64,000 nt of DNA. Origin: an uncultured Hormoscilla sp. (lineage in GTDB: Bacteria > Cyanobacteriota > Cyanobacteriia > Cyanobacteriales > Desertifilaceae). Positions 47,274 to 58,710 of this stretch are shown one piece after another (the stretch's first letter is position 1; every line of letters begins with the position of its first letter). A model generated the notes under the pieces. It saw only the letters and a program-made list of their open reading frames with translations. It was not told where the DNA came from and made no database searches. The stretch lies in contig OZ001293.3 in NCBI GenBank assembly GCA_963921275.4, forward strand, positions 4,960,001 through 5,024,000, written 5' to 3'. Both the position numbers and the translations under genes were made by a program.

Positions 47274-47590
47274 GGATCCTGGGAGGGGCGATCGCCTCAG
47301 TTTGGGCAGCCAACTGATAAGTTTCCCGGTGCAGCACCGCAGTTTTAGCAGGGTCGGGATAGCCAACACCCATGCCAAAAGTAGCAAATACCAAAGGAGG
47401 CAAACCCAGTAGGGCCGCCACCTCCTCTATACACCATTCCCAAACCCTTCGACATGGCCAGTTCTGACAACTTCGCCTTCCGTTCTGCATCTTCTACAGC
47501 TACCACACTCCAAGTCTGAAGATTAGATGAACTAGATGCAGATTGAGCCGCTGCTACCATTAATTCTCGAGTTTGGGGCGGCAAGCGATT
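47263..47590 (-). pseudogene. NfsA-type nitroreductase remnant
   Basis: AAAQSASSSSNLQTWSVVAV and EVAALLGLP...GYPDP in different frames; middle deleted. Confidence 0.8.
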
Positions 47591-47942
47591 GAACGGGCAG
47601 ATAAGTAGTATGACAAAATTAATTACACATAATTGATGGGCTCAAACCAGATACTGCAAGAAAGTAATGTGTAAATATTTCTGTCCATGTACTTAAGCCC
47701 GGATCGATCTATGTGTCAGAATTGTCTTCAGGCACTCATTCCACTCATACTCTAGCTCAAACGGCTTTGTCCCGTAGCGCGATCGCTGCGCGAAAAATCG
47801 GAGTAGTTCAGTTAAGTTAGTCATAGGTATCACCTTGTCAGGTGGGCGATGCCCACCCACCCTACTATATCACATATAGCTATAGCGAGTTGAAATTATC
47901 CGATTTTTACCGAACGGTAAGCTATGTATCATTTGGCAAAAC

Positions 47943-48798
47943 CTAAAAAGGCTGATTGTTACTTTCCCATGTTATCATATCTAAATATAGTCGCGTTTTC
48001 TGAAAATACACTTCCTCGTAAGCAAGTCGTAAATTCTGTTCCAGACTATGGGGTTCAACATCAGCAGCTTTATTGGAACCAATTGCTTTCCGTAAGCCAA
48101 GAGACAGAATTTCTACTAAGTGGTGACCGCAGCAGACTTGCCAGCGATCGTGACTGTTGCTTCTTTTGTTCGTTAGTCGTTGTTGCAGTTCTTCGTCTTT
48201 CAAGGATAAGGCTTGGGATTTATTCTTAACTTCTCGAATTAGCTTTAATTCATCAATTTGCAGGGTTCGATCGTCAACGAAATTGCTGAATTTTATCCCA
48301 TCAAAGGTCAGATTTAATCCATCACACTGAGAAACCCAAAGCAGATAACCAACCCACATCCCCGCTTCAAGTAATGCTGTTCTCACATCTCGATTAAACT
48401 TAGCAATTTTCTCCTGGGATCCGAATTCAGTAATCACCTTATCGAGGGCGGGCGAGTCTAACAGCATGGTTTCCAAGTCATGACTGTCTGTATACAGTAG
48501 GTTAAGACTGTTAGGTGGTGAAGTTTCCAAACGATCGAAATCAGCATCAACAATTGCCAAAACTCCCTGAAAGCTTGATTTCTCTAAAATTTCCAGAACG
48601 GCAATAACACGTAGCTTGCTAGAAGGTTTTCCCGAAACACAGACCAATTGACAAGCATGCTCGTCAACAAAGCGCTGGTAGAAAATTTTGTCTAAACTAC
48701 CTTCTACCAACAATAAAGTCCCTGAAAAAGTGCTTCTTCATAATCTGATGTAATCTGATTTTGTTCGCATCACGGTCATCCGAAAGAAATTCTCTCAC
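47943..48798 (-). pseudogene. DUF4435 (AriB-like TOPRIM nuclease), frameshifted near the start
   Basis: GTG 48798 overlaps the upstream TGA; 10-bp duplication ATCAGATTAC/ATCAGATTAT; downstream LVEGSLD, IVDADFD, HDLETML, CCGH. Confidence 0.8.
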
Positions 48799-50165
48799 TT
48801 TTTTGGTCCTTTCAGTTCAACAGTCAAATCCCAGCGGTCTTGAATAATATCTGGAGAATGGGTTGCCATGAGAATATCTAAGTTTGCCAGCTTTGTTATT
48901 TCTTGTAAATCCCTTAAAAACTCAACCTGCCATCCTACGTGAAGAGATAGTTCTGGTTCATTAATCAAGACTAGGGAGTCAGGTTTAACCTTAAATAGTA
49001 GTTCATAGAAAAGAACCAACTCATGTTGTTCGCCCGATGATAAATCAGTTGGCGAAAGTTCTTTAGGATCGGAGGGTGAGGAGGGATGATAACAGCTTGT
49101 TAAAACAAATTCTTTCTTCTTGCTAAAATTCATCTCTTTATAGGAATAAGCAATTTTTTTGTTAATTATTCTCCTTAACAACTCAAGTCTTTTTTCTATG
49201 TCACTAAAAACATTCAATTTGTTTTTCATATCCTCAAGATATACTAATAATATCTTTCTGGTCGTTTCATCTATAGCTTCAGGCTGGAACTGAAAGTCTC
49301 GGTTTTCATCCTTATTCAATAGACCCACTTCTATCAGGAGATCGCGCGTCTTATCAAGTTCATTTAGTTGATGACGAAGTTCTTCATTTGTCCAATTTTT
49401 TGATGACTGCTGCTTTACCACTCTTACTGGAAACGTTCTATCAAGAGATTGAGATATTGTACCATATTCAGTAAACTTGTCTCGCATAAGTTTTGCGATC
49501 TGTTTAGAATATGCCAACACAGTTGGCAACATCGAACCTGTTGCATTATAGGATTGGGAAGAACGATTACGAACAAAGTTGACCAGGCGTTGTGTTTTTA
49601 TGAGACGAACATCAATCTCTCTCTTCAGATTTTTTAGCCACTCAGGTTCCTTTTCTAACCTTGTCATCTCTGGGGGCAGGGGCAAGAAATCTTCAAAACG
49701 ATCTAGTACATCTGCTAAAGAAAGAATCTCTCCAGTGGTCCTATCCCTCCATTTTCTAGTACCTACTCGGAAAAGCGTAGGTTTTATATCCTCCAAAAGA
49801 TATTCCAAAGTATCAAGTTCATAAGCATCCATTCTCCTCGTCTTTGGACTAAAATCAACCGTCTTTGAATCTGTCTCGAATTTAAAATTTATATTATTTT
49901 TCTTATCTGGATTTTCTCTGTTGTTAGATATGTTGGCTATCTCAACACTACTACCATTATCAAACTCAACTCTGAACTTGCTAAATGGAATATTCCGAAA
50001 CACTGAGTATCGGGATTTAAAAAATCCATCGATCATCTTCAGTATTACTGTTTTCCCAAAGCCATTCGGACCATGCATGATAGTGACCCGATCGTCCATA
50101 TTTAACGGAATCACATGGTCAAAAATTTCAAATAAGCCGCTGACTGAAATTTGCTGAATTCGCAT
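48795..50165 (-). CDS. AAA_15/AAA_21 ATPase (AriA-like), Walker B reads INEPE
   Basis: GPNGFGKT, LSSGEQH, LINEPELSLH, ATHSP; start at MRIQQISVSGLF. Confidence 0.88.
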   Translation of the reverse strand: MRIQQISVSGLFEIFDHVIPLNMDDRVTIMHGPNGFGKTVILKMIDGFFKSRYSVFRNIPFSKFRVEFDNGSSVEIANISNNRENPDKKNNINFKFETDSKTVDFSPKTRRMDAYELDTLEYLLEDIKPTLFRVGTRKWRDRTTGEILSLADVLDRFEDFLPLPPEMTRLEKEPEWLKNLKREIDVRLIKTQRLVNFVRNRSSQSYNATGSMLPTVLAYSKQIAKLMRDKFTEYGTISQSLDRTFPVRVVKQQSSKNWTNEELRHQLNELDKTRDLLIEVGLLNKDENRDFQFQPEAIDETTRKILLVYLEDMKNKLNVFSDIEKRLELLRRIINKKIAYSYKEMNFSKKKEFVLTSCYHPSSPSDPKELSPTDLSSGEQHELVLFYELLFKVKPDSLVLINEPELSLHVGWQVEFLRDLQEITKLANLDILMATHSPDIIQDRWDLTVELKGPKK

Positions 50166-50264
50166 AGTCCTCGATCTCCATAATGGTAGGGCAAGGTGGG
50201 CGATGCCCACCCTACTTTATCCTGCGACCGCCTCATAAGGTGGTGGGCGATGCCCACCCTACAG

Positions 50265-51902
50265 TTATACGGCTGCGATTTTTCGGACCGTCCGCGGGCC
50301 GATCGCCTCAACCGCTTGTTCGTATTGAGGATGCAGGCGATCGCCCGTTTGCTGGGTCGTATACAAGCGATTCAGGGCATTGACATAAGCCTGGGCGGAA
50401 GCTACGATTATATCCGTATGGGCAGCATGACCGGAAAACACTTGTTCTTCATGCTTCAATCGGATCGTTACTTCTCCGATCGCATCTATACCCGCCGTCA
50501 CCGACTGCACTGAAAACTCAATCAACTGATTCGGCACATTTACCACGCGGTTAATCGCCTTGTAAATCGCATCTACAGGACCAGTCCCGATCGCTGCATC
50601 TGTAAGTTCCTCCCCTGCGGGGGTGCGGACAGTGACAGTGGCCGTCGGATGGGAATGGTCGCCGCAGGAAACCTGCACCAAATTCAAGCGGAACATTTCC
50701 GGGACTTGCTGGAATTCATTATTAACGATCGCCTCCAAATCCCAGTCAGTAATTTCCTTCTTCTTATCCGCCAAAATTTTGAACTTGAGAAACGCATGAT
50801 TAACATCCGTCTCCGAAAGTTCAAATCCCAATTCCCGCAAGCGAGTGCCAAAAGCATTCCGACCCGAATGCTTGCCCAGGATAATCTGATTATCATTCAA
50901 ACCGATCGACTGAGCATCCATAATCTCATAAGTCAGCTTATGCTTGAGCACCCCATCTTGGTGGATACCCGACTCGTGGGCAAAAGCATTCGCCCCCACG
51001 ATCGCCTTATTTGGTTGCACCAGCATCCCCGTCAGGTTAGAAACCAAGCGAGAAGTCTTGTAAATTTCCCGGGTATTAATCTGAGTCAGGGGTTCCGCAG
51101 ACTCGGCTGGGCGTCCAAAGAAAGGATTATAATAGGAACGCCGCACGTGCAAAGCCATCACCAACTCTTCCAGGGCGGCATTTCCGGCCCGTTCTCCAAT
51201 CCCATTAATCGTGCATTCCAACTGTCGGACCCCATTTTCCACCGCCGCCAAGAAATTGGCCACCGCCAAGCCCAAATCATTGTGACCGTGGACCGAAATT
51301 ATCGCCCGATCGATATTCGGGACATTTTCTCTTATCCCTCTAATCAAACCCCCAAACTCCCCAGGGGTAGTATAGCCCACAGTATCCGGGATATTCACCG
51401 TCGTTGCCCCAGCCGCGATCGCCCTTTCGAGAACCTCATACAGAAATTCTGGGTCCGATCGGCCCGCATCTTCCGGAGAGAATTCCACATCCTCCACAAA
51501 GGACTTAGCATATGCTACCATTTCTGAAGTAATTGCCAACACCTCAGCCCTTGACTTTCTCAGCTTATACTGCAAGTGGATGTCAGAGGTCGCAATAAAC
51601 GTATGAATGCGGGGGCGTGCCGCAGGTTTTACCGCCTCACCAGCAGCCTTAATATCTTGCTCCGTAGCTCTGGCCAACCCGCAGATCGTCGGGCCATCGG
51701 GAGTCCCCACCTGGGAGGCAATCCTTTGCACCGCTGCAAAATCCCCTTTACTGGCATAAGGGAAGCCTGCCTCAATCACATCCACACCCAGTCGTGCCAG
51801 TTGCCGGGCGATCGCCAGCTTCTCATCCACATTCAGAGTGGCCCCGGGACATTGTTCTCCATCCCGGAGGGTCGTATCGAAGATAATGATGCGGTCTGCC
51901 AT
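50265..51902 (-). CDS. leuA: 2-isopropylmalate synthase
   Basis: [41 protein letters not shown]. Confidence 0.97.
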   Translation of the reverse strand: MADRIIIFDTTLRDGEQCPGATLNVDEKLAIARQLARLGVDVIEAGFPYASKGDFAAVQRIASQVGTPDGPTICGLARATEQDIKAAGEAVKPAARPRIHTFIATSDIHLQYKLRKSRAEVLAITSEMVAYAKSFVEDVEFSPEDAGRSDPEFLYEVLERAIAAGATTVNIPDTVGYTTPGEFGGLIRGIRENVPNIDRAIISVHGHNDLGLAVANFLAAVENGVRQLECTINGIGERAGNAALEELVMALHVRRSYYNPFFGRPAESAEPLTQINTREIYKTSRLVSNLTGMLVQPNKAIVGANAFAHESGIHQDGVLKHKLTYEIMDAQSIGLNDNQIILGKHSGRNAFGTRLRELGFELSETDVNHAFLKFKILADKKKEITDWDLEAIVNNEFQQVPEMFRLNLVQVSCGDHSHPTATVTVRTPAGEELTDAAIGTGPVDAIYKAINRVVNVPNQLIEFSVQSVTAGIDAIGEVTIRLKHEEQVFSGHAAHTDIIVASAQAYVNALNRLYTTQQTGDRLHPQYEQAVEAIGPRTVRKIAAV

Positions 51903-52022
51903 GGAGTCAATTTTACTTTTCATTCTATCACAACAAGTTAACATGGGAAGTAGATAAGATTATTGTAACTCCTACATTGACTTTGATGAAATATACTACC
52001 CTGCTAGGCGCTGCCAGCAGTA

Positions 52023-53069
52023 GTGCCGCAGCATCTGGAGATCGCCCTCGAAATCTACGCGATCGTGGTAGTCGGACTGCTGATAGTCAAAGCCCAGAAG
52101 CCGATCGTCGATAGCTTAGATGCCCTCAGCGAGAAATATGCTAGCAATGAGATCCTACTCCAGTTATACGCACAACTAAGACCCCTTGTCCCCTTGCTCA
52201 AGCGATGTCTGGAGTACGCGATCTATGCCCAAATGCTGGCCCTGGCGATCGAGCGGGTGGAGCCCTTCGCCTTCTTGGCCACCTACGGCCCGATCGCAGT
52301 CAAGCTCATCGGCATCCTTTTCCTCAGCCGCGTCTCCATCGAAGTCACTAAACTGGCGATCTCCGAGATGCTGCTCCACGACCTGGATATGACTGACTTC
52401 CAGAGACGGCAGACCTTCGTCCCGCTAGTCGAGAGTTTCCTGAAATACCTGATTTACTTCGGTGCGGGCATCGTCATCCTTTATACCATCAATGTCGATC
52501 CTGCTCCCATCCTCGCTGGTGCGGGCATCGTCGGTTTGGCAGTCGGTTTGGGTACCCAGAACCTGCTCAACGATCTGGTTTGTGGATTCTTTATCCTCTT
52601 TGAAAACTACTACTTGGTAGGAGACTATATCAACCTTGGGGAAGTTGAGGGCACTGTCGAAGCGATCGAACTGAGAACCACCCGCATCCGACATCAGAAC
52701 GGTCAACTGTGCATTATTCGGAACGGGAAAATTAACAATGTGATTAACTACTCTAAGGATTATGTTTACGCTGAAGTCACAGTTGGTGTGGTTTATGATG
52801 AGCAGCTCGATCTCGTCTACAAAATTATTGAGTCGATCGGATTGCTGTTAAAAGAGAATAACCCAAACGTGCTCGAACCTACTATAGTGGAGGGACTCGA
52901 AGAGTTCGGAAATTTTCATTTGTTAGTCCGCACCATCACCAAGGTAAAGCCCGGAAAGCACCTCCAGATCCAGCGACGGATCCGTCAGATGATTAAAGAA
53001 GCCTTTGAACGGGAGGGGATTCAAATTCCCTTTGGCCAGCGCGTGTGGCTTTTGAAGAATAAAAAATAG
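52023..53069 (+). pseudogene. MscS-family mechanosensitive channel, 5'-truncated relative to its neighbour
   Basis: GAGIVGLAVGLGTQNL, GTVEAIELRTT; lacks about 185 N-terminal residues present in the paralog. Confidence 0.65.
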
Positions 53070-53278
53070 AGCGATCGCTCTTAATTTTAGCGACCTCGGA
53101 GTCAGGGGCATCTTCTTGAGGATAAAGACTTGCGGTTTATTAATGTATTCTGTGCTATTTCTTGAGTACAGCTTGTTTGACTGGTACTTGATTGTTACGG
53201 AAGTCCCATAACTCGGAAAAAGAACAAAAATCAAATGGTATAGTATCATAACAATTGCATTTAATGGGGTAGACTAGT

Positions 53279-54896
53279 ATGCCAGACTGGAACCTCTTAA
53301 TTATCAACATCTTAACGCTCTTGGCTGAAGTCAGCCTCATCATCATTGTTTTGTATCTGCTTAACTGGGTCAGTAGCAAACTCCTCAAGCAGATGGGCAA
53401 GATTTCTCAGCTCAATTTGGGGAACAATGCCAAGAGTCTGCATGGAAAAATCAAGAAGACTTCGATCCTCATTGGTTTAGTGCTATGCGTCCTCGTGGTG
53501 GGTGCCAATGGCTGGCCGATCTATCAAGGGGAAAATATTCAGGAATACACCATCGCCTTGATGGGCCGACTGCCAGCTTCATTCTGGGTAAACCTAGGTA
53601 CTATAGTCGCCAAAAGCATTGTCACAGTGACTTTGGCTGCTGTCTCTATCCGACCTCTACACAGTTTATTAGACGATGGGAAGGTCCGCGCCCAACAATT
53701 GAATGACATTACTGCCAACGATTTCCCCATTGAAATCTGGTTTGACTTCCTGAAAAAACATCTGACTAACTGCATCTGGCTGTTGGTAGTGTTGGGGTGT
53801 AGCCAGTTTCTGGGACTGCCCGCAATAGTAGTTCAATATCTGTCCATTTTTCTGAAGATCTACGCGATCGTTGCTGCCGGGTTGCTCGCAGTCAAGGCCC
53901 AGGACCCGATCGTCGACAGCTTAGAGGCCCTCAGTAATAAATACGCCAGTTCTGACAGCCTGCTGCGGTTCTACTCCGATCTCAGACACCTAGTTCTCTT
54001 ACTAAAACGATGTCTGGAATATGCCATCTATGCTTCAATGGCGACCCTGGCGATCGAGCAGGTGGAGCCGATCGCTTTTTTAGCAGCCGTAGGCCAGATC
54101 GCCGTCAAGATCACCGGCATCATTTTCCTGTCCCGTGTCTTCATCCAGGTGGGTAACCTGGCAGTCTCCGAATTACTCCTTCATAACCAGGTTCTAACTG
54201 AAACACAGAGACAGAAACGCCTGACCATCATCCCGCTGATCCAGAGTGCTCTCAAATACCTGATCTACTTTGGTGCTGGACTTTGGTGCTGGGATTGGCA
54301 TGCTCAAAACAATCAACATCGATCCTACTCCCATCCTTGCCGGTGCTGGCATCATCGGTCTAGCTGTCGGTTTGGGGACCCAAAACCTGGTCAACGATCT
54401 GGTTTCTGGTTTCTTTATTCTGTTTGACAACTACTATTTAGTGGGTGACGAGGTGGAAATTGACGATATTGAGGGGGAGGTGGAGGCGATCGACCTGAGA
54501 ACTACTCGCATTCGCCATGACGATGGTCAACTCTGCATTCTCCGCAACGGCGAGATCAATAACGTCATCAACTACTCCAAAGAGTATGTCTATGCGGTAG
54601 TGGAAGTTGGCGTCGCCTATGACTCCAATTTAGATCGTGTCTACCAAGTTATTCAGGCGATCGGAAAGCAGTTAAAAGAAAAATACTCCGAAGTGTTAGA
54701 ACCCACCCATGTGGATGGGTTAGAGAGTTTCCGGGAGTATGACCTGTTGATCCGCACTATCACCAAGGTCAAACCCGGAACCCACGAATAGATCCAGCGC
54801 ATCCTTCGCAAGATGATTAAGGAAACCTTTGACCAAGAGGGGATTGAAATTCCCTTTGCCCGTCACCTCTTACTTTTTCAGGATAAAGAAGAATAG
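53279..54896 (+). pseudogene. MscS-family channel, frameshift plus nonsense
   Basis: 13-bp duplication ACTTTGGTGCTGG at 54267-54292; TAG at 54789 before IQRILRKMIKE. Confidence 0.85.
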
Positions 54897-54989
54897 ATAG
54901 TTAATGGTTGGCCGTGTACTGAGAAACTGGGTTTCTCGATCCCTGTTCTGGTTTATTTATACCTGCCTACTTATCAACTATCAACCATC

Positions 54990-55508
54990 TTAAAATTCAA
55001 CTTTTTCGATAGTATTCCGAATGTCGTTCAAATCAATGTACCGGTCGGTAGCATTGCGTAACTCTCTGGCGATCATCCCCTCTGTTGACACCACAGTAAT
55101 GTGAGTGTTCTTAGATCGTAATAGTTCAATTGCCCGTTCAAAATCTCCATCCCCGCTGAACAGTATCACTCGGTCATACTGTTCTACCGTATTAAACATA
55201 TCGATCACGATTTCGATGTCTAAATTAGCCTTTTGAGAGAAGCGACCTGAACTGTCATCATAATACTCTTTGAGGATTTTCGTCCGCACAGTGTAACCCA
55301 GGCTAATCAATGCATCTCGAAATCCCCTTTGGTCTTGAGTATCTTTTATTCCCGTGTACCAAAAGGCATTAACTAAATCTACTGTTGGATCTGATGTGAA
55401 ATATTGCAGCACTCGCTTCGGGTCGAAAAACCAGCCATTTTTTTGCTGGGCATAGAACATATTGTTCCCGTCTACAAATATAGAAACACGGTTCTTCAAT
55501 GATACCAT
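54990..55508 (-). CDS. NYN-domain (LabA/DUF88 family) protein
   Basis: IFVDGNNMFY, KANLDIE, LFSGDGDF. Confidence 0.92.
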   Translation of the reverse strand: MVSLKNRVSIFVDGNNMFYAQQKNGWFFDPKRVLQYFTSDPTVDLVNAFWYTGIKDTQDQRGFRDALISLGYTVRTKILKEYYDDSSGRFSQKANLDIEIVIDMFNTVEQYDRVILFSGDGDFERAIELLRSKNTHITVVSTEGMIARELRNATDRYIDLNDIRNTIEKVEF

Positions 55509-55777
55509 AGTAGGTGTAACCTAAACTTTCGATGTTGATAACTTAAACAGAGCAATCAAGTACACTTGTGGAGGACAAGTTGCTAGACAAAGTGCGTGAC
55601 CGAGTCGCGCCGATCTCCAAATATCCTATGATTTCCCAAGTGAGAGTTGCTTTTCTTACCAGATTGGTTGACTCAGACTCTAAATTTATATAGCAGCTAA
55701 TGCAAGTCTTCACTGCCTGCTGAAATCCTATGGGGTACTAAGGTTGCGTAACTATTGCTATCTACATTACAAGGAAG

Positions 55778-56260
55778 TTAATATCTTAAACTAAATCTAT
55801 AGCTGAGGAAATCAGCAGTCGGAGGTAAGGGCAGTCGGCTGCTCTTACCTGGGCTTTTTTGTCTATTACGACATAAATTTAGGAGTTCTGTGAGAGCGCG
55901 GTCGATAATTGCGCTACTCCCGTGCGAGTCAGGAAGTTCGGCAATTTCTTCCATCAATAGAGCGATCGCCCTCAAGGTCGGCTGATTAGTTTCGTCCTTC
56001 GAGACCCCGAGGGCTTCCAACTTAGACGCTAATTCATTTGGGTTGGGCAAGGGGTGACGTCCTCCATGATTGCTGACTGGGCTAGATAAATCTTTGTTTA
56101 AGTCCAGATAGTAGGCACCGGGAATATGACCAGTCTCATACTGCTTTTGTCCCTCATCTGGGTCTGCTAGGGAAAAACGACAATCTATAATTACTACCTG
56201 GGGATCTTCTAGATGTTCCTTGAGCCAAGCAGCAGAAACAATTTCATCAGTCTCAATCAT
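55778..56260 (-). pseudogene. Sulfurtransferase (rhodanese) N-terminus, truncated and fused to unrelated sequence
   Basis: IDCRFSL, GHIPGA, GGRHPLP, then loses similarity after LGVSKDET. Confidence 0.8.
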
Positions 56261-56269
56261 TTGTCAATA

Positions 56270-57210
56270 TCTAGATGTAAGAGCGATCGCTTTATACCAC
56301 AACCAACGGCTGATGGGTCGTTTACCTTCTTCTGTGAGGAGTTTGACGAGTTTTTTCTTGTCTTAGCTGGGGCGCGTCAAGAAGCGATACAGAAGTTTGT
56401 AGTGCCCACCCGGCTGATAGCAGTAGCCAGACAACCAAAAGTGCGGTTGTTAGATATTTGTTATGGTCTGGGCTATAATACCGCCGCAGCTTTAGAGCAG
56501 ATTTGGACAGTTAATCGGAACTGCCTAGTGGAATGGGTGGGACTGGAGTTAAATCCAACTGTACCCCAAAGAGCGATCGACCATCATCTTCTCGATAGCT
56601 GGCAGTCCCCCATCCCGGAATTGCTCGCCCAGCTAGCCACCACTCACCTGTTGCAAACAGAACGCTCTCCAGCTCAGTTGCATATCGCCGATGCCCGCCA
56701 AACCATTGTACAAGTTTACAACAGGGGCTTCCGATTTTTCCAGAACGGTGCCGATGCCATTTTTCTCGACCCCTTTTCCCCGCCCCACTGTCCTGGACTT
56801 TGGACTGTGGAGTTTCTGGATCTGGTGGCCAAATGTCTGGGGGCCTAGGAGCAAGCTTGCCACCTATTCAAGTGCCGCAGCAGTCAGAAAGGCGCTGCTG
56901 TTGGCCGGGTTAAAGATTGGTTCGGTCCCGCCGGTAGGCAGGCGATCGTCCAGTACCGTTGCCAGCAGGATCGATAAGCATCTGCCCCCACTATCACCTC
57001 AAGAACGGCGCCTTCCGCGTGCTCTTGTCCTGAAGGACGCGGCAACGCTCCAGGCACCGCGAGAACATTTGCTTACCCGTGCCGCTATTCCCTACCGAGA
57101 CCCCAACCTGAGTGACAGTGCAGAGGTCATTATACAGCGACAGCGAAGCGTGTAGGGAACAGGAAGCATCTACCCTAGAGATCACCACTCAATGGCGAAA
57201 ACGTTGGTTA
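56270..57210 (+). pseudogene. MnmC-like SAM methyltransferase, frameshifted
   Basis: TADGSFTF, LDICYGLGYN, DAIFLDPFSP; LATYS...IPYRDP in another frame; further stop at 57153. Confidence 0.82.
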
Positions 57211-58128
57211 AAGTCCTAGCTTTTGCAGCACTGGTTTTGTGGAAACAACATGCTTGTCTAACCCCAGCTGTTTGGGACTAATTCCCAGGGCCAGAACCAC
57301 CAGTTGCGGGAGGTGCAGCACTGGTAGGCCCAACTTACGTGCAATTACCCCTTCCACTTCCGGTTGACGGGAGTCTAAATTCAAATGGCACAGGGGACAA
57401 GGAGTTACTATGCAATCAGCACCAGCGGCGATCGCCTCTTGAATATGCATCCCCGCCATCTGAAAAGACTGGGTGGTAGCATAGCTAGAAATTGGCCAGC
57501 CACAGCATTGAGTCCTTCCCCGATAATAAATTGGCTCTGCCCCAACTGCCCGGAAGACATTCTCCATTGACTCTGGTTGGTTTGGGTCATCATAGGGCAT
57601 ATGGGTTTGGGCCCGCAGTAGATAACAGCCATAAAATGCCGCGCATTTGAGACCTGTCAGCTGGCGAGTTACTTTTGCTTGTATAGCCTCTAGACCATAA
57701 TCTGCCACCAAGGCCCACAGTATATGTTTAACCTCCGTACTGCCTCGATAGGGGGAACAGCCCTCTTTTGTAAGTAAGCCGTTAATCTGTTCTACATAGG
57801 TGGGGTCTGTCTGTTGGCATTCCTTGAGGCGCTCGTCTACGTGACCGATAACCCCCTGACAAGTACTGCAATGAGTCAGCAAGGGTAGATTGAGTTCCTC
57901 TGCTAGGGCAATATTACGGGCATTGACAGCATCTTCCAGCAGTTGGGAATCCTCCTTAAAGGTGCCCGAACCACAACAGGCCGCCCGTTTCAGCTCAATC
58001 AGTTCAATCCCCAAAGCTTGGGTGAGGGCCCCAGTAGACATGTATAGTTCCCGGCAAGCTCCTTGAGCAACGCAACCGGGAAAATAAGCATATTTTCGGG
58101 TCACTACCGTGCCGGAAAAATCGGACAT
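57208..58128 (-). CDS. hdrB: Heterodisulfide reductase subunit B family (CCG domain) protein
   Basis: YFPGC, CCG twice, CSTC, YGC, PCPLC. Confidence 0.9.
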   Translation of the reverse strand: MSDFSGTVVTRKYAYFPGCVAQGACRELYMSTGALTQALGIELIELKRAACCGSGTFKEDSQLLEDAVNARNIALAEELNLPLLTHCSTCQGVIGHVDERLKECQQTDPTYVEQINGLLTKEGCSPYRGSTEVKHILWALVADYGLEAIQAKVTRQLTGLKCAAFYGCYLLRAQTHMPYDDPNQPESMENVFRAVGAEPIYYRGRTQCCGWPISSYATTQSFQMAGMHIQEAIAAGADCIVTPCPLCHLNLDSRQPEVEGVIARKLGLPVLHLPQLVVLALGISPKQLGLDKHVVSTKPVLQKLGL

Positions 58129-58357
58129 GATATTATCTCCTAGTTGTGAGTGGTTACTGGTCGCTGGTCGCTGATCATCGATCCCATGCCTACCGTACCA
58201 TCACAGCCATTACAGGGACAAATTTGAGGATCAGGATCCCTTTCCGATAAGATTGCGCTGCGCGCACGCTACGCGATCGAAAAATGCTTTAGAATTGTAC
58301 GGCCCGTAGTCGGTAACCCGTCGCGGACTAGGTTGATATATTACCCCCGAAGAGGTT

Positions 58358-58609
58358 ATGAGCCAAGAAACAACTTTAGAGAGAGTCCAAAAAATTGTAG
58401 TGGATCAACTGAGTGTGGATGCTAGCGAAGTCAAACCAGAAGCCAGTTTTACTGAGGATCTGGGGGCAGACTCCCTGGATACGGTGGAACTGGTGATGGC
58501 CCTAGAAGAAGAGTTTGGGATTGAAATCCCTGACGAAGTCGCCGAAAAAATAGACACGGTTGGCAAGGCTGTCGAGCATATTAATGAAAAAGTGCAAGCT
58601 CCAGCCTGA
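58358..58609 (+). CDS. acpP: Acyl carrier protein
   Basis: [20 protein letters not shown]. Confidence 0.97.
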   Translation: MSQETTLERVQKIVVDQLSVDASEVKPEASFTEDLGADSLDTVELVMALEEEFGIEIPDEVAEKIDTVGKAVEHINEKVQAPA

Positions 58610-58710
58610 TCGCGCAGCAGCGACCGCGCCATCGGTAGATCGCTGCTAGTCCTGATTCCGATTTTTCCGGAACGGTAGAGGGATAACGAATAATTGATGA
58701 TTTTTGACAA

